Assembly: GCA_965208125.1 (NCBI GenBank)
Contig: OZ242320.1
Location: 3,040,001-3,104,000, forward strand
Length of the DNA stretch: 64,000 nt
DNA from: Candidatus Latescibacterota bacterium
GTDB lineage: Bacteria; Latescibacterota; UBA2968
Direction: 5' to 3'
In this document: in pieces, positions 59,322 to 64,000 of the stretch
How positions within the stretch are numbered: position 1 is the first letter of the stretch
How the letters are laid out: each line of letters begins with the position of its first letter
The notes under the pieces: model-generated
Told to the model about the DNA's origin: nothing
The model's database searches: none
What the model saw: only the letters and a program-made list of their open reading frames with translations
Made by a program: the position numbers and the translations under genes

Positions 59322-60437
59322 TTACTTTCTGTTCCGATTTGGTTTTTCAAAGTTGGCTTCCAGAATAGCTTCCTCTTCATTTAGGGCAAGGCCAAGGCGT
59401 TTTTTCAGGACATTGGTCGTCAGCCTGATATTATCCTGAGACCGACGAATCTTGCCCAACTCCATCGCACGTCCTTCCCATAGTGCTTTATTACTGCGAG
59501 ACCAATTGACTCTTTTGAGCCGTTTTAATCGCGTTTTCCAGGCGTCCGGATAGTGTTTAAGCAAATCAGCACCTGCAATGCCCATGGCTTTGAGCGCGAC
59601 ACCGTGAACGTGAAGATAATTCTCTCGAAGCGTAGCAGCAACAACATCTCCATCTGCTATCTGTTGCCATTCAGAAATGTGAGTGGTCATTTCCATCCAG
59701 AACTCATAGGCAATGACTTCGTCTGCTTCAAAAACAGAATCTTTTCTATTTTTACGCAGGAGCATTTGAGTGGCTTGATAGATATTGCTCAGGGTGAAAA
59801 TTTTAGTAGATCGATTTGAAATCGTCGTTTTTTCGAGTTCTGTCTGTCCGTCGAATACGGGAACACTTTGCACCAGATTACGCACCATCCCGGCCATTGG
59901 GTCGCGTTGGTCGTAGAGTATTCCGAGTGACCGCGTGGGACGCACGGCGTGCTTGTTCAGATCAGCGAACATCTGCTGGCTACGCTTCAAGCCAGCGTCG
60001 ATAAACAACACGACAGCAATGGTTTCGTATGCCAATTCGGGACATTCTTCCAACGCCAATTGAAGTGCCGCCCGCCGATGTTGACCATCGTTCACAATAA
60101 ACCTGGCTTCCATCGGCACAATGAGTGTACCGATCTTGCGATTGCCACCCCGTTCTGCGGCGGGTACAAACTCGATATCCCCATCAACAGAGGCCGTGAT
60201 CGCCGAAAAACAATAATTATCTTTGTTTTCGATGATGTACCGCGCAATTTCTGGCACCCGTGATCGATTCAAAACACGCTGGGCACGCATCTCTGCGGGC
60301 ACTTCGCTTTTTTCATCAAAACAAAAAAACCTCGTGATGTCCCTAAGAGAACACATAACGAGGTAATATTCGCGTTTTGCTTGAATACCACGAATCGCAG
60401 GAAAAGGGATTTTACCCTCTAAATCCGTTAAGTTCAT
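59322..60437 (-). CDS. dndB: DndB (DGQHR-domain regulator)
   Basis: RAQRVLN..R, NDGQHRRAA, SQQMFADLN. Confidence 0.94.
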   Translation of the reverse strand: MNLTDLEGKIPFPAIRGIQAKREYYLVMCSLRDITRFFCFDEKSEVPAEMRAQRVLNRSRVPEIARYIIENKDNYCFSAITASVDGDIEFVPAAERGGNRKIGTLIVPMEARFIVNDGQHRRAALQLALEECPELAYETIAVVLFIDAGLKRSQQMFADLNKHAVRPTRSLGILYDQRDPMAGMVRNLVQSVPVFDGQTELEKTTISNRSTKIFTLSNIYQATQMLLRKNRKDSVFEADEVIAYEFWMEMTTHISEWQQIADGDVVAATLRENYLHVHGVALKAMGIAGADLLKHYPDAWKTRLKRLKRVNWSRSNKALWEGRAMELGKIRRSQDNIRLTTNVLKKRLGLALNEEEAILEANFEKPNRNRK

Positions 60438-60452
60438 GATTTTCAGGGCCTC

Positions 60453-60530
60453 TTGGAAGTTTGTTTATTCCATTTGGAAGTTTGTTTTGCTGTTGTGCTA
60501 AAGTTTAACTCCTATCTCTATAAAAGTCAA
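60453..60530 (-). promoter_or_regulatory. dndB promoter with a downstream 14-bp direct repeat
   Basis: TTGACT-17-TAAACT (60530-60502); TTGGAAGTTTGTTT at 60453-60466 and 60474-60487. Confidence 0.65.
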
Positions 60531-60568
60531 TAACAAAGATCAGGATGGTGAACCCACCTTACAATTTC

Positions 60569-62266
60569 TTATTTAGAAGTAAGATCATCTAATTTTTTTT
60601 CTATTGTACTTGATTTGAAGGTATTCATTACTCGAGACAGGTCTTTATCACTGAGTCCCCTAACTATGGGTTTCAATTCCTGGATAGCTTGGTCATAAGA
60701 TGCCTCTAGTGAATCTGGGTCTTGCTCTATTTGATTAATAAAATTTTCCAACTTAGAAGGACCACAATTTTTCCAATTTCCTAATTCATAATACCCAACT
60801 AAACGTGCCACATGAAAGTGACCATATTTCGCAATAGCACTCTCAATTCCTGTAATTGATGCATCTTTTTGTAATTGCTTATTCATCTGATAACATTGTT
60901 GATATAATAGATACGCTGCCAATAATATTTCGACTTCAGAACTAAAAATATCTTCATAAAAATCTAACCAGATTTTAGACTTTTGAGCCATTGCGATGGC
61001 AGGTTTTTTTTCGACCACAGACAAATATGCTTGTCCAACCTTTTCATTTGAAATAACCTTCTGCTTTTCTTGTCTGCTTAAGTCCTTAAATTCTCTTGGT
61101 TTTTTCTCATAGTGGTAGTTTCGGTTCTTGAAGAGTGTACTTAAGGTCGATTGGAGGGTATCATTAGAACGTAGATCACGACTTGACACGGCATTTTGAT
61201 TATTAGTTGTAAGTGTAATTTTATCCACAATTTTTCGATCTTGAGTTTCATAGATTTTCACTAACAAAGAAACATCATCTTGTAATTTGCCTTCGTTAAG
61301 CGCCTCGACAAGTGTTAGTGAGGTTTGCCCTCCATTTACAATTTGGATACCATCGAGTTGTACACAAGGGACTGATTCTTGTATTTCAAAACTATCGCAG
61401 GTAATCGTTATTCCGTTATTGTAAAACCAAAAATATCCAGATTGGGTATCGTCTTGCGATGTCTTCAGGATTTCCTTATTTACCTTTCGATTAACGCCGA
61501 GAAAAGTTCTTACGTTTTCCTCAAAAATCACATCAATATGCTTTTTAACTAATTCAGCCAAATGTATCCCTTTAACTGTGCAAATAGCTGCTCTTACTCC
61601 TTTTGATTGGAAACGTATAACAGATTTATTATTGGCATCATATTCAATGGGTAGCTTTTTGTTTCTTATCTTATCTTTCTCTTTTTTATTTTTATTTTCT
61701 TCTTCAATAAGCTCGTTGGGTCCTAAAGTATAAAATTCAAATTCTTGAAATTCTTCATTTTTAAACTTACTTCTCGTATCTGCAACTTCCTTTTCGTAAT
61801 AGGCAGAAGGTTCTTCTATACTGTTAGCTACATAATAGACTTTTATATTTAAATTTTTTTTCCCAAAGGCTCTTTCTATCAAATCTCTTATATCTCCAAT
61901 TTTTAGGACTAAATCTTCATTTGTTAGTGTTTTGTACTTTTCTTCTGGATGTTTAAATATCCAATCAAGACCATCTCTCATTTGTACTATTATAGTACTT
62001 CTAAAACTGGAACTTTTTACTTGAACAAGATGTACAGTTGCTTGTCTATCATTTGCCTCTATATGAATGATATCAAACTGCCTGTCATCACTACCATCAA
62101 CTAAGTCGGCTTCGAAATCTGTATCATTAAATTCAGTATTAAATAAAACACTATATACATATCTCAAAAAAGCTACATCTTTTGTAATCTTCATTGATTT
62201 TTCGATCTCTGAAATTTGGTCATCAATGATCTGCTTTTTTTGTTTTAATTGCGCTTGATTATTCAT
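60569..62266 (-). CDS. AIPR-family protein
   Basis: FEENVRTFLG, FWFYNNGITI, QIVNGGQT, NNQN.V...DLRSND; markedly AT-rich. Confidence 0.9.
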   Translation of the reverse strand: MNNQAQLKQKKQIIDDQISEIEKSMKITKDVAFLRYVYSVLFNTEFNDTDFEADLVDGSDDRQFDIIHIEANDRQATVHLVQVKSSSFRSTIIVQMRDGLDWIFKHPEEKYKTLTNEDLVLKIGDIRDLIERAFGKKNLNIKVYYVANSIEEPSAYYEKEVADTRSKFKNEEFQEFEFYTLGPNELIEEENKNKKEKDKIRNKKLPIEYDANNKSVIRFQSKGVRAAICTVKGIHLAELVKKHIDVIFEENVRTFLGVNRKVNKEILKTSQDDTQSGYFWFYNNGITITCDSFEIQESVPCVQLDGIQIVNGGQTSLTLVEALNEGKLQDDVSLLVKIYETQDRKIVDKITLTTNNQNAVSSRDLRSNDTLQSTLSTLFKNRNYHYEKKPREFKDLSRQEKQKVISNEKVGQAYLSVVEKKPAIAMAQKSKIWLDFYEDIFSSEVEILLAAYLLYQQCYQMNKQLQKDASITGIESAIAKYGHFHVARLVGYYELGNWKNCGPSKLENFINQIEQDPDSLEASYDQAIQELKPIVRGLSDKDLSRVMNTFKSSTIEKKLDDLTSK

Positions 62267-62291
62267 TTTATTTCTCCAATTAAGAACAGGA

Positions 62292-62759
62292 CTATACGGA
62301 TAGTTCCCCTATAGCTTGATCCAATCTCATCTTATATATCGGCAAAAACACCTCTATTGTTCTTGGCCGATCATCAAACCATTCATTCGCCAGCACATCG
62401 TATCCGCCATACGAATAACGGTTGATCTCTCGCATGCCATCATCGCTAAGCCAAGATGGTTCCTGTGGATTAATAAGACGTGCAATCTGATCATGCACTT
62501 GACTCTTCTCCGACATGCTGACACCCATCTCCTCCAATTCTTTGCTCAGAAATAGTGCAATAATGACTCCTCTCTGAGACCGATATAGGCCAGGAAAATT
62601 ATTTACTAAATCTGTTGCTTCTCCAGTAGATATATTTTTTTTACGGCCCATAGCCAATCCGGCCATGAGACAAAAGTAGTAAGTATCGAAATCAAGCTCT
62701 AACTTGGGCCTTATGTCTCTAAACCACTTCCGAGCGTCTTCGCGCAACCTAAACGGCAT
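62292..62759 (-). CDS. Hypothetical protein, PbeD-like
   Basis: 155 aa, MPFRL...WF...FD.YYFCLMAGL; overlaps the upstream SMC-like ATPase; assignment rests on synteny and recalled similarity. Confidence 0.55.
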   Translation of the reverse strand: MPFRLREDARKWFRDIRPKLELDFDTYYFCLMAGLAMGRKKNISTGEATDLVNNFPGLYRSQRGVIIALFLSKELEEMGVSMSEKSQVHDQIARLINPQEPSWLSDDGMREINRYSYGGYDVLANEWFDDRPRTIEVFLPIYKMRLDQAIGELSV

Positions 62760-63999
62760 TTATAGGCTCCTCTTCAAGTTGGAATCCTTCAAAATACGTC
62801 TTGCCGTGTACACACCATCCGTCATCACTCTCTTCGGCGTGTTCACCATTTAAATTATCATCAGACTGCATATCTTTGCGAAACATCGTTATATATTGTA
62901 TATCACCATCAGCCGATGCTGCTTCAAGCGATGGTAAAAATCCTTCTCTTTCACTCGAAATCGTAAAGGCTATAAACTGATGAGAAAGTTTTGGCACTAA
63001 CTCTGCTACCTTGGCGCGTACTTTGAGATCAATTGGATTGGCCGGGCTATCTACAATAAACGGCAATTGATGCTCTGTCCTGTTAAACAGCGTTGCTAAG
63101 AAAGCATATCCAATAGATAAAGTCTCACCAACGCTGCCAGCTTCTTGGCCTCGTAGAACAAGCGATTGGGTAATTTTTTGAATGCGAATAGTATTTGATG
63201 GCATAAGTTCTTCAATGCGTTTATTAGCTTCCCGGCATAGATCAACACTAATTCCCTGCTTTGCCTTATTAAGTGCTCTCTCGATTATTTTGGTCATCAT
63301 ATCCCCCTTGGCTTTTAATTCCAATGTGTCCGTCGCCTTTGCCAATTGATGTTCTGCGTTCTTCAATCGGTCTTCCAATACCTGAATACCATAGGTATAT
63401 TGATCTCTTCGTGACGGATCAGGGTCCTCATACTTGCTCATATCATCCTTTAAGCTACGGCGTTCTTCCTCTAATTTGTTAATTTCTTGTTCGACTTTCT
63501 CCAGTTCAGGGTCATCGGCTACAGCTTTATTCTTTACGGCATCTCGCACTGTTTTCGCGTGTTCTTCTTTATCTCGAGCGTCATCAAGAACGGAGATTTT
63601 TTGTTTTAGTTCGGCTTCAGGTGAGTCTGCTTCAGGGCCCACGAAGTTTGCAACATCTCCCTTTAGCTGATTTAGTAGTGATACATCATCCGATCCCATA
63701 TACCGATCCGCCTGACCTTTTAGATGCGCACGTATGGCATCAGTAATGCATCGTCCACAAATACATTCTGCTTCGTCAGCTAATTCCTCAAAAAACTCTC
63801 GTGCTGCGCTTTCCGGTAACTTAGCTCGATCAAGGCTGTCTTTGAGAGTAATCATCCTTACAGCAAATGAAGATGACAAACTATGAGGATTTCGCATATC
63901 GATTAGGACATCGTGTGCTGCTGAAGCAACATGACGTTGTGCTTCTTTAAGGTTATCTTCTTCTTCTTGGAGTCGAGCCTTAATTTCTTTATGTTCAGT
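62749..63999 (-). CDS. Rad50/SMC-like ATPase, C-terminal part (PbeC-like); 5' end outside the window
   Basis: Frame stays open from 63897 to the edge; CICGR hook-like motif, coiled coil, SVGE signature-like motif, PFIVDSP Walker B. Confidence 0.75.
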   Translation of the reverse strand, partial: TEHKEIKARLQEEEDNLKEAQRHVASAAHDVLIDMRNPHSLSSSFAVRMITLKDSLDRAKLPESAAREFFEELADEAECICGRCITDAIRAHLKGQADRYMGSDDVSLLNQLKGDVANFVGPEADSPEAELKQKISVLDDARDKEEHAKTVRDAVKNKAVADDPELEKVEQEINKLEEERRSLKDDMSKYEDPDPSRRDQYTYGIQVLEDRLKNAEHQLAKATDTLELKAKGDMMTKIIERALNKAKQGISVDLCREANKRIEELMPSNTIRIQKITQSLVLRGQEAGSVGETLSIGYAFLATLFNRTEHQLPFIVDSPANPIDLKVRAKVAELVPKLSHQFIAFTISSEREGFLPSLEAASADGDIQYITMFRKDMQSDDNLNGEHAEESDDGWCVHGKTYFEGFQLEEEPINAV

Positions 64000-64000
64000 A

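Overview
Bacterial chromosomal window. Dockerin/cohesin-tailed secreted proteins, PorV paralogues, DUF6785-type membrane proteins and a sulfatase suggest an FCB-related candidate lineage such as Latescibacterota; this is inference only. Layout: (1) 1-16 kb, mixed catabolic and transport genes, including a 4.5-kb cassette of two dockerin-tailed proteins bracketed by a 33-bp repeat. (2) 16-32.6 kb, an island next to two identical tRNA-Val(TAC) genes. It carries a polysaccharide-utilisation-like operon with no SusD: TonB-dependent transporter, a T9SS-CTD protein broken by three frameshifts, PorV, a heparinase II/III-type lyase, a DUF6785 protein, an enolase-family enzyme and an oligogalacturonate-lyase-like protein. 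Its structured leader is duplicated. (3) 32.6-50.3 kb, core genes (rplS, trmD, rimM, rpsP, ffh, rpe, hrpA, an ABC pair, an MFS transporter). (4) 50.4-64 kb, a defence island: an inverted-repeat-bounded NYN nuclease cassette with a two-hairpin leader, an IS256, a GIY-YIG fusion protein, and a dndBCDE phosphorothioation operon preceded by an AIPR gene and PbeC/PbeD-like genes (no dndFGH seen in the window). The best candidates for new biology are the TBDT-CTD-PorV uptake module, the NYN mini-cassette with its leader RNA, and the bacterial Dnd-AIPR-Pbe-like system.
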